Shown piece after piece: positions 9,557 through 19,764 of a stretch of 64,000 bases of DNA. The notes under the pieces are model-generated. The model saw nothing but the letters and a program-made list of their open reading frames with translations. It was not told the DNA's origin and made no database searches. The position numbers and the translations under genes are program-made. How positions within the stretch are numbered: position 1 is the stretch's first letter; the number at the start of each line of letters is the position of its first letter. Origin of the DNA: a virus; the IMG/VR virus record IMGVR_UViG_3300025997_000005. One strand, written 5' to 3'.

Positions 9557-9811
9557 ATGTTAGAACAAATTTTAGAAAATTATGAAGATGAGTAAATCTT
9601 CATAGCTGATGGTTTTGATAAAGCTGTTATTGGTATTGCAACTGATTTTACAGACCCAAGATTAATATACTCTGTAAGTAAATGTATTGCAATATTAATG
9701 GAACGAGATGAAATGTCGTATGAAGAAGCATATGAATATTTTACATATAACGTTTCTGGCGGTTACATAGAAAATGGACCGATTTGGTGTTGGGATGATT
9801 TTGAGTGGTAA
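9557..9811 (+). pseudogene. Phage protein (ADGFDKAVIG...EEAYEYFTYN) with premature TAA at codon 13
   Basis: Frame from ATG 9557 is continuous except one in-frame TAA. Confidence 0.65.
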
Positions 9812-9864
9812 AAATTTATTATTTTCAAATAAATTTAGTATATTTGCAACACAAAATATAAATT

Positions 9865-10461
9865 ATGATAATACAATTAGTAGATAGAAATAAAGAAATG
9901 TGCGATGCATGGGCAAAAGAATTCGTGGATTGTGACGATGTTATTACATTTTGTGGCGACTTTTTCACACCAGAAACTGACTGCATAGTATCACCAGCAA
10001 ATTCATTTGGGTTTATGGATGGCGGCTTAGATGGTGTGATTACTAAACGTTTAGGTTCACAAGTTGAGAAAAATATTCAAGACCGAATTAAAGAAACTGA
10101 TATAAAAGAATTATTGGTTGGTCAAGCAATAATGGTTCCAACTGAAAACAAAGAAATACCATTTTGTATTTCAGCACCAACAATGAGAGTCTCCATGAAT
10201 ATTGAGAATACAGTTAATGTCTATTTAGCGGCCAAAGCTATTTTTAGTCAATTAAAAGGTGAAACTAGAATTAATAAAGTTACAATTAGTGGTTTAGGAA
10301 CTGGTGTGGGTAATGTATCACCTGAAATATGTGCCGCACAGATGAAACAAGCTTATGATGAAATTTGGTTAGGTAAATCAAAATTCCCGAATTCTTTAAA
10401 AGATGCTTTTTTATTAAACATAAAATATATTAATGAATCCATTAGAAAAAATAGAAAATGA
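9865..10461 (+). CDS. Macrodomain (Appr-1''-p / ADP-ribose processing) protein
   Basis: GD, IVSPANSFGFMDGGLD, APTMR, GLGTGVG. Confidence 0.92.
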   Translation: MIIQLVDRNKEMCDAWAKEFVDCDDVITFCGDFFTPETDCIVSPANSFGFMDGGLDGVITKRLGSQVEKNIQDRIKETDIKELLVGQAIMVPTENKEIPFCISAPTMRVSMNIENTVNVYLAAKAIFSQLKGETRINKVTISGLGTGVGNVSPEICAAQMKQAYDEIWLGKSKFPNSLKDAFLLNIKYINESIRKNRK

Positions 10462-10720
10462 CCCTAGATTGCAGACCATACTACATGGTTTAACCCAAAT
10501 GTGGCACTATCCTGAAGAATTTTTAGCGTTAGTTGTATATCATACTGATGATTTTGATTTAGCTAATGAAAGTATTGAAATGTTTTCTGAACATGATATT
10601 GATTTGGAAGAAGTATTCATTCAAATAATGGATATTACTGATTTTAAAGAAAGGTGTTTGAATAGTGAATATTTAAACCGAGAACGTTGCAAAGAAGTAT
10701 ATGATGAAAGAACTTTATGA
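10433..10720 (+). CDS. Hypothetical protein
   Basis: 95-aa ORF in operon. Confidence 0.6.
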   Translation: MNPLEKIENDPRLQTILHGLTQMWHYPEEFLALVVYHTDDFDLANESIEMFSEHDIDLEEVFIQIMDITDFKERCLNSEYLNRERCKEVYDERTL

Positions 10721-10833
10721 GTTTATAAATAAAAGAATTGAACATATTGAGAATTCAGCAACATCTTCAATGGGGTTAGGTAGAATTTTAGAGTTAAATA
10801 TTATAAAGTTTAAAGTAGAATAATTACTGAAAG

Positions 10834-11094
10834 ATGGATAGAGATGTAAAATTAAAACAATTACGTTATAAATTTCCAAAATTGATAAGTGAAGGTAAAG
10901 TTAAAATTTCTACTAGAAGAAGTGAAAATTCAAATAACCGCATGATAAATTTCTTAATACCCGCTGAAATAGTAGTTTATTTAGAGACTTCATGTTACTT
11001 TGAAGATGGTAAAGTTGGAAGGGATAAAGTTACTAGTTGGTTAAGACGTAATAATTATAGATATTCACCATTGTTTGATTCATATCTATATTAA
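10834..11094 (+). CDS. Hypothetical protein
   Basis: 86-aa ORF in operon. Confidence 0.6.
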   Translation: MDRDVKLKQLRYKFPKLISEGKVKISTRRSENSNNRMINFLIPAEIVVYLETSCYFEDGKVGRDKVTSWLRRNNYRYSPLFDSYLY

Positions 11095-11105
11095 TAAATT
11101 AAAAA

Positions 11106-11639
11106 ATGAAAAATAATAGTAAATTTTTAAGTTTGGTTTTAAGACATAAACCTGAAACCATTAAAATAAAATTGGATAAAAATGGATGGGTTGAGGTTGA
11201 TGAATTATTAGCTAAATTAAAACAGCATAATAAAGAGATTCCTTTAATGGAATTAAAGGAAATTGTTTATTTTAATGATAAAAAACGTTTCGAATTTAAC
11301 GAAGATGAAACCAAAATTAGAGCGGCTCAAGGTCATAGTGTAAAGGTTGATTTACAACTTAAAGCTCAACGACCACCAATGGAGTTATACCATGGAACTG
11401 TATCTAAATTTCTGGATGCAATCAAAAAAGATGGTCTAAAGAAAATGAATCGCCATGCAGTCAATTTAAGCCATGATTTATCTACTGCGACTAAAGTTGG
11501 TAGTAGAAGAGGTGAGGCAATCATATTGGTTGTTAATAGTGGTGCTATGTATGCTGATAAATTCAAGTTCTTTCAATCAAAGAATGGTGTTTGGTTAGTG
11601 GATGAAGTTCCACCAAAATATATAAAAGTTAAAGAATAA
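11106..11639 (+). CDS. kptA: RNA 2'-phosphotransferase Tpt1/KptA
   Basis: SKFLSLVLRH, DKKRF, IRAAQGHS, LYHGT, NGVWL. Confidence 0.95.
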   Translation: MKNNSKFLSLVLRHKPETIKIKLDKNGWVEVDELLAKLKQHNKEIPLMELKEIVYFNDKKRFEFNEDETKIRAAQGHSVKVDLQLKAQRPPMELYHGTVSKFLDAIKKDGLKKMNRHAVNLSHDLSTATKVGSRRGEAIILVVNSGAMYADKFKFFQSKNGVWLVDEVPPKYIKVKE

Positions 11640-12034
11640 TGTATAAAAAAATAATTGAAATTGAAATTAACGATATTAGGTATGAGGCTGAAATATTATT
11701 ACCTGAATATGATGAATCATTAAATCGTAACCCAAATAATTATAAAGTTGTTATTGAAAATGCCGATGAAGATTTGATTCTATATCTTAATGACCGTTTG
11801 GTTAATACAGAATATCATAATTCAAAACCAATAGCGTCTTCATATAAAATTGATTGTAAGATTTTTTATAAAAAACTTCATGTTGGTACATTAAAGGGTG
11901 TATTTCCTACTATAATAGACGCTAATTTTGAACACATTGTACTTAAATCAGATATATTTGAACTAGAAGTATTTAAACTGTTAGAAGGGACAAAAACCTT
12001 AAATGGTACTAAAATTTATAAACTAGGAGAATGA
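11639..12034 (+). CDS. Hypothetical protein
   Basis: TAATG-coupled 131-aa ORF. Confidence 0.65.
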   Translation: MYKKIIEIEINDIRYEAEILLPEYDESLNRNPNNYKVVIENADEDLILYLNDRLVNTEYHNSKPIASSYKIDCKIFYKKLHVGTLKGVFPTIIDANFEHIVLKSDIFELEVFKLLEGTKTLNGTKIYKLGE

Positions 12035-12188
12035 TAATAGAAGAAACAGAAAATGGTGATTTAAAGTTTGGAACGAATAATTTTGATGGTTTGAATAAGG
12101 GAATAGTGATTTTCCCTGAAAATTTGAGTGATATCAAAAAATTAGAACAAATTAAATTATTTTTAGAAAATATATTAAAAAAAGATTA

Positions 12189-12692
12189 ATGGGTGATATT
12201 AAATATTGGTTTAAAAGAAAATTTTGGCAAATACGTAACGTATTTAGATGGTTACCTATCATTTGGAATCAATTCGATTTTGATTATAGATATGCCATTG
12301 ATGTATTTAAATTTCAATTACAAAAAACTTCAGATTATTTAAATTCAGATAAAGCAATGACTTTATCAGCTAAAGATAATCATAAACGTTTACAGATGAT
12401 AATTAATTTAATGGATAAAGTTTATGATGAAGAATATGGAGGTGAATATTATGATAAACTAATTGAACTATATGGTGAAGATATATTAAAGCATAAATTT
12501 ATTCCATGTGAAGACAATCAAGGTTATAGTGAGTTGAAATATTCATATGAATTAACTGAAACCCCTGAGCGGATTAAAGAGATTAATGAAACTAGATTAA
12601 GGTTGTTAAAAGAAAGCCATGAAAAACAACTTAGAGCGCATAAACTTTTATGGGAATTAGTGGAACATAACATTCAAAAAATGTGGGATTAA
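12189..12692 (+). CDS. Phage hypothetical protein
   Basis: WLPIIWNQFDFDY...IQKMWD pattern. Confidence 0.7.
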   Translation: MGDIKYWFKRKFWQIRNVFRWLPIIWNQFDFDYRYAIDVFKFQLQKTSDYLNSDKAMTLSAKDNHKRLQMIINLMDKVYDEEYGGEYYDKLIELYGEDILKHKFIPCEDNQGYSELKYSYELTETPERIKEINETRLRLLKESHEKQLRAHKLLWELVEHNIQKMWD

Positions 12693-13621
12693 TGTTTGAA
12701 ATATATAAAATATATGGGTGTATAAGTGCTATATCTGAGCGTTGTAGAAATAAAATAAAAAATATAAAGGTTATATTTGGAATTTTAAAAATTAATAAAA
12801 TTAAAGATAATTTAGAAATAAAAAATACAAATAAAAAGGGGCGACGCTTCATCTTGGGCGACATACATGGCGCATATTTAGCACTTTTACAAGTTTTAGA
12901 ACGTTGTGGATTTGACTATGATAATGATGAGCTTATAACCATTGGTGATATTGTTGATGGATGGGGCGATTCATTCATGGTGGTTGAAGAGTTGCTTAAG
13001 ATTAAGAATAGAATTGATATTCGTGGGAATCATGACTTTTGGTTTCAAGAGTTTTTAGACACTACCGTTCATTCAGAACGATGGGGGATGGGTGCTTTAT
13101 CTACAGCTAAATCATACGCAAAAGCTGCTGGGATTGAATTATTGATTCAAAAGTTACCAAGTAAAGATGATGAATTTTTTAGAGATAATGGATATATTTT
13201 GAATTTTAATTCAGGTGATGTACCAGATAGTCATAAAGCTTTCTTCAGAAAACAAAACAATTATTATAAAGACCACCTTAATAATTTATTTGTTCATGGT
13301 GGGTTTAATCTAGGTATTCCGATAAAACAAACTTTACCTTACATATTCATGTGGGATAGACATTTATGGAAAAGAGCGTTAGAGATTAAAGATTCAGGAA
13401 TGATGTTGATTTATCCTGAACAATTCAACCAAATATTCATTGGACATACAGCGGTAAGAGGTACTGAACCTATAAAAGCTGATAAGATTTGGAATGTTGA
13501 TACTGGTGCTGGTGGGGGTGGTAAATTAACTATAATGGATATTGATACCAACGAATATTGGCAGTCAGATAACGTACCCGATTTATATCCTGATGATGAA
13601 CATAATAAAAACAATTGGTAA
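12692..13621 (+). CDS. Metallophosphoesterase (Ser/Thr phosphatase-like)
   Basis: GDIHG, GDIVD, RGNHD, FVHGG, IGHT, DTG; start uncertain. Confidence 0.9.
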   Translation: MFEIYKIYGCISAISERCRNKIKNIKVIFGILKINKIKDNLEIKNTNKKGRRFILGDIHGAYLALLQVLERCGFDYDNDELITIGDIVDGWGDSFMVVEELLKIKNRIDIRGNHDFWFQEFLDTTVHSERWGMGALSTAKSYAKAAGIELLIQKLPSKDDEFFRDNGYILNFNSGDVPDSHKAFFRKQNNYYKDHLNNLFVHGGFNLGIPIKQTLPYIFMWDRHLWKRALEIKDSGMMLIYPEQFNQIFIGHTAVRGTEPIKADKIWNVDTGAGGGGKLTIMDIDTNEYWQSDNVPDLYPDDEHNKNNW

Positions 13622-14196
13622 TGAAATATAAAATTAAAGAAGAATTAAGAAGAGGTTTATTAGAAAAGAAAGGTGACACTTATGATTATGGGTGTGTTAT
13701 GCTTTATTTTAATATAAAGAAAAGTGATTGGGATAGGATTCAATCATTAATAGCTGATGAGGACCTTTATGAAGAAGAAGGTGACCAGACATATGGCCGT
13801 GAAAATGACCCACATGTAACCGTATTATATGGTTTGCATGCGGATGTTCCAGATTCTAAAATTGAAGAATTGGTTGATGGACTTAAACCAACGGAATTGA
13901 TATTGAAAAAGATTTCAATCTTCGAGAATAATGATAAATATGACGTTGTTAAATTCGATATCACTGGGGTTAGTAAAGGTAAGTTAAGTGATATGAATAC
14001 TAAATTTGTAAAATTACCTCATACAAGCGATTACCCCGATTATTATCCACATGCAACGATAGCATATGTTAAAGCTGGAACTGGTAAGAAATATGTACAA
14101 ACGTTATCTACTAAAGATGCGATTACTGTAGAAGCAAAAGATTTTAGATATAGTAAGGCTGATGGGACTGAAAACAAATATAAATTAAAATGGTAG
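13621..14196 (+). CDS. 2H phosphoesterase, Acb1 (T4 gp57B)-like anti-CBASS candidate
   Basis: Two HxT motifs (PHVTVLYG, PHATIAY); N-terminal leader ending in LLE. Confidence 0.75.
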   Translation: MKYKIKEELRRGLLEKKGDTYDYGCVMLYFNIKKSDWDRIQSLIADEDLYEEEGDQTYGRENDPHVTVLYGLHADVPDSKIEELVDGLKPTELILKKISIFENNDKYDVVKFDITGVSKGKLSDMNTKFVKLPHTSDYPDYYPHATIAYVKAGTGKKYVQTLSTKDAITVEAKDFRYSKADGTENKYKLKW

Positions 14197-14573
14197 AACA
14201 AATTAAAAAAGACATGGTACAAGCCATGAAAGAAGGTGATACACTTAAAAGAGATGTGTTACGAGTATTACGAGGTGAATTACAAAGAGGTTTCTTAACT
14301 GAAGATGCTGATGTAATTAGAACAGTTAAAAAAATGATTGAAAATATCAAAGAAAACGGTGGTAATGATGCTGAAGTTGAAGTGTTGGAAAAATATTTAC
14401 CCCAACAAATAACTGAATCTCAAATGAGATATTTGGTTAAAGAAGTTATCAACAAAGATGATATCGAATCAATGAGTGGTATGGGGCTTATTATGGCTCA
14501 TTTCAAAAGTAAATATGATGGGACATACGATGGTAGGGTGTTAAGTACAATAGTTAGAGACGAATTATCATGA
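14190..14573 (+). CDS. GatB/YqeY domain protein
   Basis: IKKDMVQAMK, LEKYLPQQ, MGLIM, DGRVLS. Confidence 0.9.
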   Translation: MVEQIKKDMVQAMKEGDTLKRDVLRVLRGELQRGFLTEDADVIRTVKKMIENIKENGGNDAEVEVLEKYLPQQITESQMRYLVKEVINKDDIESMSGMGLIMAHFKSKYDGTYDGRVLSTIVRDELS

Positions 14574-14580
14574 GCATATA

Positions 14581-14898
14581 ATGAAAGCGTATAAATTAGT
14601 ACGAGAATTGAAAAATGGCGAAATCACTTCCTTATTCATCAACAAGCAAGAGCGATATGATTTTGGGATTTGGTATGAGGCGCAAAACCATCCAACAAAC
14701 GGTTTTGCGGAAAGACCATTTTTTCATTGTACAGCTAAGATGTCAGCACCACATTTGAAAACGCAACTTAAAACTGGTGAAAATCGAATTTGGGTTGAAT
14801 TGGAAATCGATGGGTTTACTGAAATGAAACGCCCCGAAAATCAAGGTGGTGTATGGTATCTAGCAGAAAAAATTAAATTCATTAAAAAAATACTTTAA
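14581..14898 (+). CDS. Phage hypothetical protein
   Basis: HPTNGFAERP.FHC, QGGVWYLA. Confidence 0.7.
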   Translation: MKAYKLVRELKNGEITSLFINKQERYDFGIWYEAQNHPTNGFAERPFFHCTAKMSAPHLKTQLKTGENRIWVELEIDGFTEMKRPENQGGVWYLAEKIKFIKKIL

Positions 14899-14908
14899 AT
14901 AATAAGCT

Positions 14909-15412
14909 ATGACAATATTTTTTATGATAACAACCATTATGTTTTTAACTTTATGGTTAAATACTTTCTGGATTACAAAAACACCTGATATCATTAAATC
15001 AATTGAGCGTGAATATCAAAATATGCGTGATAGAGGTTGGGATAGAATATTCTTGATGTTTGATTTGCATGGGACTATCATAAAACCTAATAGGGCTGTC
15101 GGAAATACTGACCTTGTTTATTATCCTTACGCTAAAGAAACACTTCAATTACTTAGTAAACAGAGTGATTTAGATTTAAATATCTACACATGTTCACATG
15201 AAGATGAGATTATTGAATATCAAGCAAAGTTCAAAGAAGATGGAATAATCTTCAAATATGTGAATGAAAACCCTGATGTTCAAACAAGTGGGTATGGAAA
15301 TTATGATAAGAAGCCATACATGAATATCTTATTTGAAGATAAAAGCGGTTTTGACCCAACAAAATGGAAGCTTATTTACGATTATTTTAAGGAAAAATAT
15401 AAAGATTCTTGA
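14909..15412 (+). CDS. HAD-like protein
   Basis: FDLHGT, YTCS, VNENP, KPY.NILFEDKSGF. Confidence 0.7.
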   Translation: MTIFFMITTIMFLTLWLNTFWITKTPDIIKSIEREYQNMRDRGWDRIFLMFDLHGTIIKPNRAVGNTDLVYYPYAKETLQLLSKQSDLDLNIYTCSHEDEIIEYQAKFKEDGIIFKYVNENPDVQTSGYGNYDKKPYMNILFEDKSGFDPTKWKLIYDYFKEKYKDS

Positions 15413-15457
15413 CTTTTCTAATAAATTGTAATATTTATATGTATAAGTATTACAATT

Positions 15458-15610
15458 ATGAAAAGAAAAAAAATTAAAAAAACATTTACATTAGATGAAG
15501 AAATTTATAATAACTTCTGTGAATTAGCTGATTCATTAGCAATTAATAAGTCAAAATTTGTTGATAATAAATTGAAAGAATTCATAAAACTTAATAGTGA
15601 TGAAAAATAA
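15458..15610 (+). CDS. Small ribbon-helix-helix DNA-binding protein
   Basis: MKRKKIKKTFTLDEEIYNNFCELADSLAINKSKFVDNKLKEFI; preceded by ATATTTATA. Confidence 0.65.
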   Translation: MKRKKIKKTFTLDEEIYNNFCELADSLAINKSKFVDNKLKEFIKLNSDEK

Positions 15611-15839
15611 GTTTTATATTACGTTTAGGGTGGTCACCAACTAAATACGATAAAAGTAATAATATTATAACTAAAGATAGGGCTATTAAAATGTTCTTAT
15701 CTGATGGTAAAATGAGAGCACCAAATTGTAAAGTCGATATTGTAAAATTAGATTGGTTTAATAAGAAATATAATAATGGTCTTTAATTACTTGGTTAATT
15801 AGAAAAAATTGTGTATATTTGCATTAAATAAAATTAGTT

Positions 15840-16253
15840 ATGAGTGAAATGGTAGATAAGTTAAAAGCCATACTTGAAAGTGAAGAGGGTAAAAAGGCAA
15901 CTGAAGAATATTTCGGTAGGCTTGCTCGTGCTGATAAACGACAAAAAAAGAGAGTTAAAAATCTTAATAAATACGTTCAAACATTAACTAATGAGTGTTT
16001 ACATAGTTTAGTAGTTAGATATTGTAAATGGGAAGAAAAGATTCAGGATAGATTATATTATCGTGGGATTGATGGTAGTAGTACGTTGATGGGCGTAGTG
16101 TTTGATTTTTTTCAAGAATATGGAACTGAATTAGAGAGTGAAGATATGTTTCAAACAGCTCGTTATCAATTTAGAAACTATGAAATGAGCCTTTATCAAG
16201 GTCAAGGTTGCTTTTTTAAAATAGAATACATAGAAAAAACAAGATTAATATAA
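15840..16253 (+). CDS. Phage hypothetical protein
   Basis: Ends in YQGQGCFF motif; TATATTTG promoter upstream. Confidence 0.7.
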   Translation: MSEMVDKLKAILESEEGKKATEEYFGRLARADKRQKKRVKNLNKYVQTLTNECLHSLVVRYCKWEEKIQDRLYYRGIDGSSTLMGVVFDFFQEYGTELESEDMFQTARYQFRNYEMSLYQGQGCFFKIEYIEKTRLI

Positions 16254-16609
16254 TGGTATTAGTAAAATTTGAAATAGAAGAGTATCACTTAATTTTAATT
16301 AAGCATTTGGGTTGGGAAATAATCAAAGACAGTAATAAAATATCAAGCTTTATCGAAGAAGGTGCTGAAACACCTTTTGGTGGTTTTCACATTATTGAAG
16401 ACATTGGTATTATGTTATTTGGTAAACCAGAAGATGATTTTGACCCATTAAGCCCATATGGACCACAATACACTGATGAACAAAAAGAAATCATAAAACG
16501 TGTATGGTATACATTACCAAAAGCGTTAGAAATTTGCTGTTATGTACAGAAATTTGAAGCTGGAGTTTATCGCACAAAATATAATCTTAAAAACTGGAAA
16601 AAGATATAA
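16253..16609 (+). CDS. Hypothetical protein
   Basis: TAATG-coupled 118-aa ORF. Confidence 0.7.
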   Translation: MVLVKFEIEEYHLILIKHLGWEIIKDSNKISSFIEEGAETPFGGFHIIEDIGIMLFGKPEDDFDPLSPYGPQYTDEQKEIIKRVWYTLPKALEICCYVQKFEAGVYRTKYNLKNWKKI

Positions 16610-17560
16610 ATGGAATCAGTAATATTTAATCTAAATGAAACTAATAGTTTATTCAATGGAATAATTGATTCCAGTTGGCACGCAATTGTTTTGGGTGAAG
16701 TTGCAATTCCAATCTTTAAAGATGGTGAAACATGCCCACATTTTAAAACAAGTGTTAGAGGTAAAAGAGTGTATCTTCTTACATCACCAAATTCATCATT
16801 AAAAATCATGCAACTAATGTTAGCAATAGATGCCCTTAAACGAGCTAGTGCTGCTGAAATAATACCCATAATACCTTATTTTCCTTATGCTAGACAAGAT
16901 AAACGTGACCAACGAAGAGGCCCAATTGGTGCTAGAGTTATGGTTGAAATGATTGAAGGTAGAGGGGCAACGTCTATTATTACATTAGACTTGCATTCAG
17001 ACCAAATTGAAGGGTTTTTTAGAATACCCGTAATTCATTTAAGAGGTAAATATCTATTCCATGATTATATAGTTAAAACAAGCTCTTCTAAGACCGTTTT
17101 ATGCTCACCTGACGCTGGTGGATTAAAACGTGTTAAAATGATAAGAGACCTTATATATAAGCGTAATGAAAGTATTAAATTATCATTCGTATCAATAGAT
17201 AAAACTAGGTCGGAAGCTAACAATGTTGATAGTATGGAAGTGTTGGGTAATGTTGAAGGTAAAGATGTTTTGGTAATAGATGATATGTGTGATACTGGTA
17301 ATACATTGGTTAAAGGAGCCAATGCATTATTAGCCGCTGGGGCATTAACCGTTAGAGTGTTGGTAACGCATGCGGTTATGAGTGGTAATGCTTATGAGAT
17401 GATTGAAAGTTCTATTATTGATGAATTTATTTGTTCAAATTCATTAGAACAAGAAGAAGAAATATATAATATGGGTGGTAAATTGACCGTCATTTCAGTG
17501 GCAAATGAAATAGCAAATGCAATAATTAATATTAATAACAGTGGAAGTATTCACAGATAA
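16610..17560 (+). CDS. prs: Ribose-phosphate pyrophosphokinase family protein
   Basis: PYFPYARQDKR, DLHSDQIEGFF, SPDAGG, VIDDMCDTGNT, THAV. Confidence 0.92.
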   Translation: MESVIFNLNETNSLFNGIIDSSWHAIVLGEVAIPIFKDGETCPHFKTSVRGKRVYLLTSPNSSLKIMQLMLAIDALKRASAAEIIPIIPYFPYARQDKRDQRRGPIGARVMVEMIEGRGATSIITLDLHSDQIEGFFRIPVIHLRGKYLFHDYIVKTSSSKTVLCSPDAGGLKRVKMIRDLIYKRNESIKLSFVSIDKTRSEANNVDSMEVLGNVEGKDVLVIDDMCDTGNTLVKGANALLAAGALTVRVLVTHAVMSGNAYEMIESSIIDEFICSNSLEQEEEIYNMGGKLTVISVANEIANAIININNSGSIHR

Positions 17561-17567
17561 GATTATA

Positions 17568-17795
17568 ATGGATGAATTAGAATTATTAATGTCGCAATGT
17601 GAGATATACTTAGACGTACCAAAAGAGCGTGTAGGTGGTCAAGTAGCTGGCATGCAGTATTACCCTACAGTTGTTGAACATAAAGACTTAGGAATTAAGA
17701 TAACTATAAACTCTAGTAAATCACAATATAAGAATAAAGAACTTGCTAAAACCCTTATGGAATTAGCCATTTTAGATTTAATTAAATTAAAATAA
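17568..17795 (+). CDS. Minimal GGQ (release-factor peptidyl-tRNA hydrolase domain-like) protein
   Basis: GGQVAG...VVEHKDLGIKIT...KSQYKNKELA resembles RF domain 3 (GGQ...H.PTGI...RSQ.KNK..A). Confidence 0.65.
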   Translation: MDELELLMSQCEIYLDVPKERVGGQVAGMQYYPTVVEHKDLGIKITINSSKSQYKNKELAKTLMELAILDLIKLK

Positions 17796-18053
17796 TGAAG
17801 ATTACGTGGAATTTTAGAGTGTTGGTCACAGAACATAAACATGCTGATGGTGAAGTGGAAACTTGGTTGGCTATTCATGAAGTTTATAGTGATGACAAAA
17901 GTAACCCCCATAGTTATACAGAAAACTCAGTTGATATTTCTGGAAATACAAAAAAAGAGTTGAAGTAGCGTATTAAAAATGAAGGAATGTTTAAACAAAC
18001 CTTATTTATGGGGTGATGATAGATTCCCACAAGAATATAAAAAAGGTGAGTAG
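17795..18053 (+). pseudogene. Phage protein (WNFRV...IHEVY...KPYLW) with internal TAG and a frameshift
   Basis: ELK*RIK, then a frameshift to MKECLNKPYLWGDDRFPQEY. Confidence 0.55.
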
Positions 18054-18273
18054 TTTTACAGACCCAATTATTAAGCAACTTAGAAAATCTATTCCTGAAT
18101 CTGAAGCAAGACTTAGACAGCTTAAGAAAGAGATAATACCTGAATTCATTAAACCATATCACGTTAGGATATGTGAATTGATGGAAGGTAATCTTGAAGC
18201 TAATATAAGGTTTCTTAAAAAGATGGAAGCGTTTAAAAATGAAGAAATGACATCGAAATTTAAAAAGAAAAAA

Positions 18274-19620
18274 ATGAATAATTTAATTGGTGTTAGTGGG
18301 GGCATTAAAGCTGGTAAAGACCTTGTAGGGCAGATGATTCAATATATTGGTGATGAAATTGCTGAACCAACATTTGAAGGCTTTCAAGAGTTTCAAGTTA
18401 CATTTACATTTACATTATATACCAAATATCAAATAAAGAAATTCGCTGATAAACTTAAAGATTGCCTATGCCTTATTTTAGGTTGTACTAGGGAACAACT
18501 TGAAGATAGAGATTATAAGAATACTGAATTAAGTGAAGATTGGTGGTATTATAAAGGAAATACTGGAATTTATCTTTATAATACTCCTTATAAAAGTAAT
18601 AAGAAATTACCTCTTATTAAATTAACTCCTAGACTTTTACTTCAATTATTAGGTACTGAATGTGGTAGAAATATTATTCATCCAAATATTTGGTGCAACT
18701 CGCTTTTTTCTGACTACACAGGAGATATTGAAACTTGGAAAAATATTAAAAGTTATGAAGGATTATACCAAATCTCTTCTTTTGGTAATGTAAAAAGTTT
18801 GGATAGAAAAATAACTTATGGTAATCATAAAGGAGAATACCACACTAGAAAAGGACAATTATTAAAACCTACTTTAAGTGGTGGATATGCAACAGTATCG
18901 TTAAGTGGAATTACTTACACTGTACATAGTTTAGTGGCTAGACATTTTTTGAAACAACCTGAAGGTAAAGATTATGTGATTAATCATATTGATTACAATA
19001 AAGAAAATAACTTTTATAAAAATCTTGAGTGGGTTAAACAAGCAGATAATGTAAGATATAATTATAAAGTAGGTAAAGCTAATATAGGAGAAAAGCAAAA
19101 AGATGCTAAACTTACAGATACTATTGTTTTACAAATTAAAGACTGGTTATTTTCTGGAAAATATACCAATACTGAAATAGCAAGAAGAGTTAATGTATCA
19201 CCTACAACTATTACAGATATAAAAAAAGGAAGGAAATGGAAGCATGTAGGTAAAGAAATAGAAGAAATTCAACCAATATTACCTGAACCTACCTCTAACT
19301 GGATTATAACTGACGTTAGATTTCCTGAAAATGAAGGTAAAGCTGTTAGTGATAGAGGCGGTTTATTGATTGGCGTTAGACGAAAATTTGGGTTAAGATT
19401 TCCAGAGTATGCATTTCGTGAAATGCCTGATGACCCATATGCCATACCATCAATGCTACAGAATGATGACGAAAAGTTATTTGATACTTTAACTCATGAG
19501 TCCGAGGTAAATATGGGTGACCATTCATGGTGTGATGTAGTAATAGAAAACAACGGAACGGTTGAAGAGTTATTCAATGAAGTTTTGAAAGCTGTTTATT
19601 ATAAAAAAGAATTAGTATGA
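18274..19620 (+). CDS. Deoxynucleoside monophosphate kinase with in-frame NUMOD4-HNH endonuclease insertion
   Basis: IGVSGGIKAGKD, FADKLK, TPRLLLQLLGTECGR, WIITDVRF, HESE, IENNGT; insert ETWKNIKSYEGLYQISSFGNVKS...HIDYNKENN...NLEWV; the listed ORF from 18013 also includes an upstream in-frame segment. Confidence 0.9.
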   Translation: MNNLIGVSGGIKAGKDLVGQMIQYIGDEIAEPTFEGFQEFQVTFTFTLYTKYQIKKFADKLKDCLCLILGCTREQLEDRDYKNTELSEDWWYYKGNTGIYLYNTPYKSNKKLPLIKLTPRLLLQLLGTECGRNIIHPNIWCNSLFSDYTGDIETWKNIKSYEGLYQISSFGNVKSLDRKITYGNHKGEYHTRKGQLLKPTLSGGYATVSLSGITYTVHSLVARHFLKQPEGKDYVINHIDYNKENNFYKNLEWVKQADNVRYNYKVGKANIGEKQKDAKLTDTIVLQIKDWLFSGKYTNTEIARRVNVSPTTITDIKKGRKWKHVGKEIEEIQPILPEPTSNWIITDVRFPENEGKAVSDRGGLLIGVRRKFGLRFPEYAFREMPDDPYAIPSMLQNDDEKLFDTLTHESEVNMGDHSWCDVVIENNGTVEELFNEVLKAVYYKKELV

Positions 19621-19764
19621 GTTTATTTAGTGTAGCTTTTAGAGATAAATTAGGTCTATATATTAAGCTATAATCATAGAGAAAAACAATCAAAATTAGG
19701 TGACTTTTATCACTTTTTTTGATATTTATAGTATAGGGAATTTTACAAAAAACGTTTTAAAAAT

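Noticed and set aside
18013-18273. N-terminal extension of the dNMP kinase
   Set aside because: Looks like a separate upstream gene that lost its stop; the kinase P-loop starts right after ATG 18274
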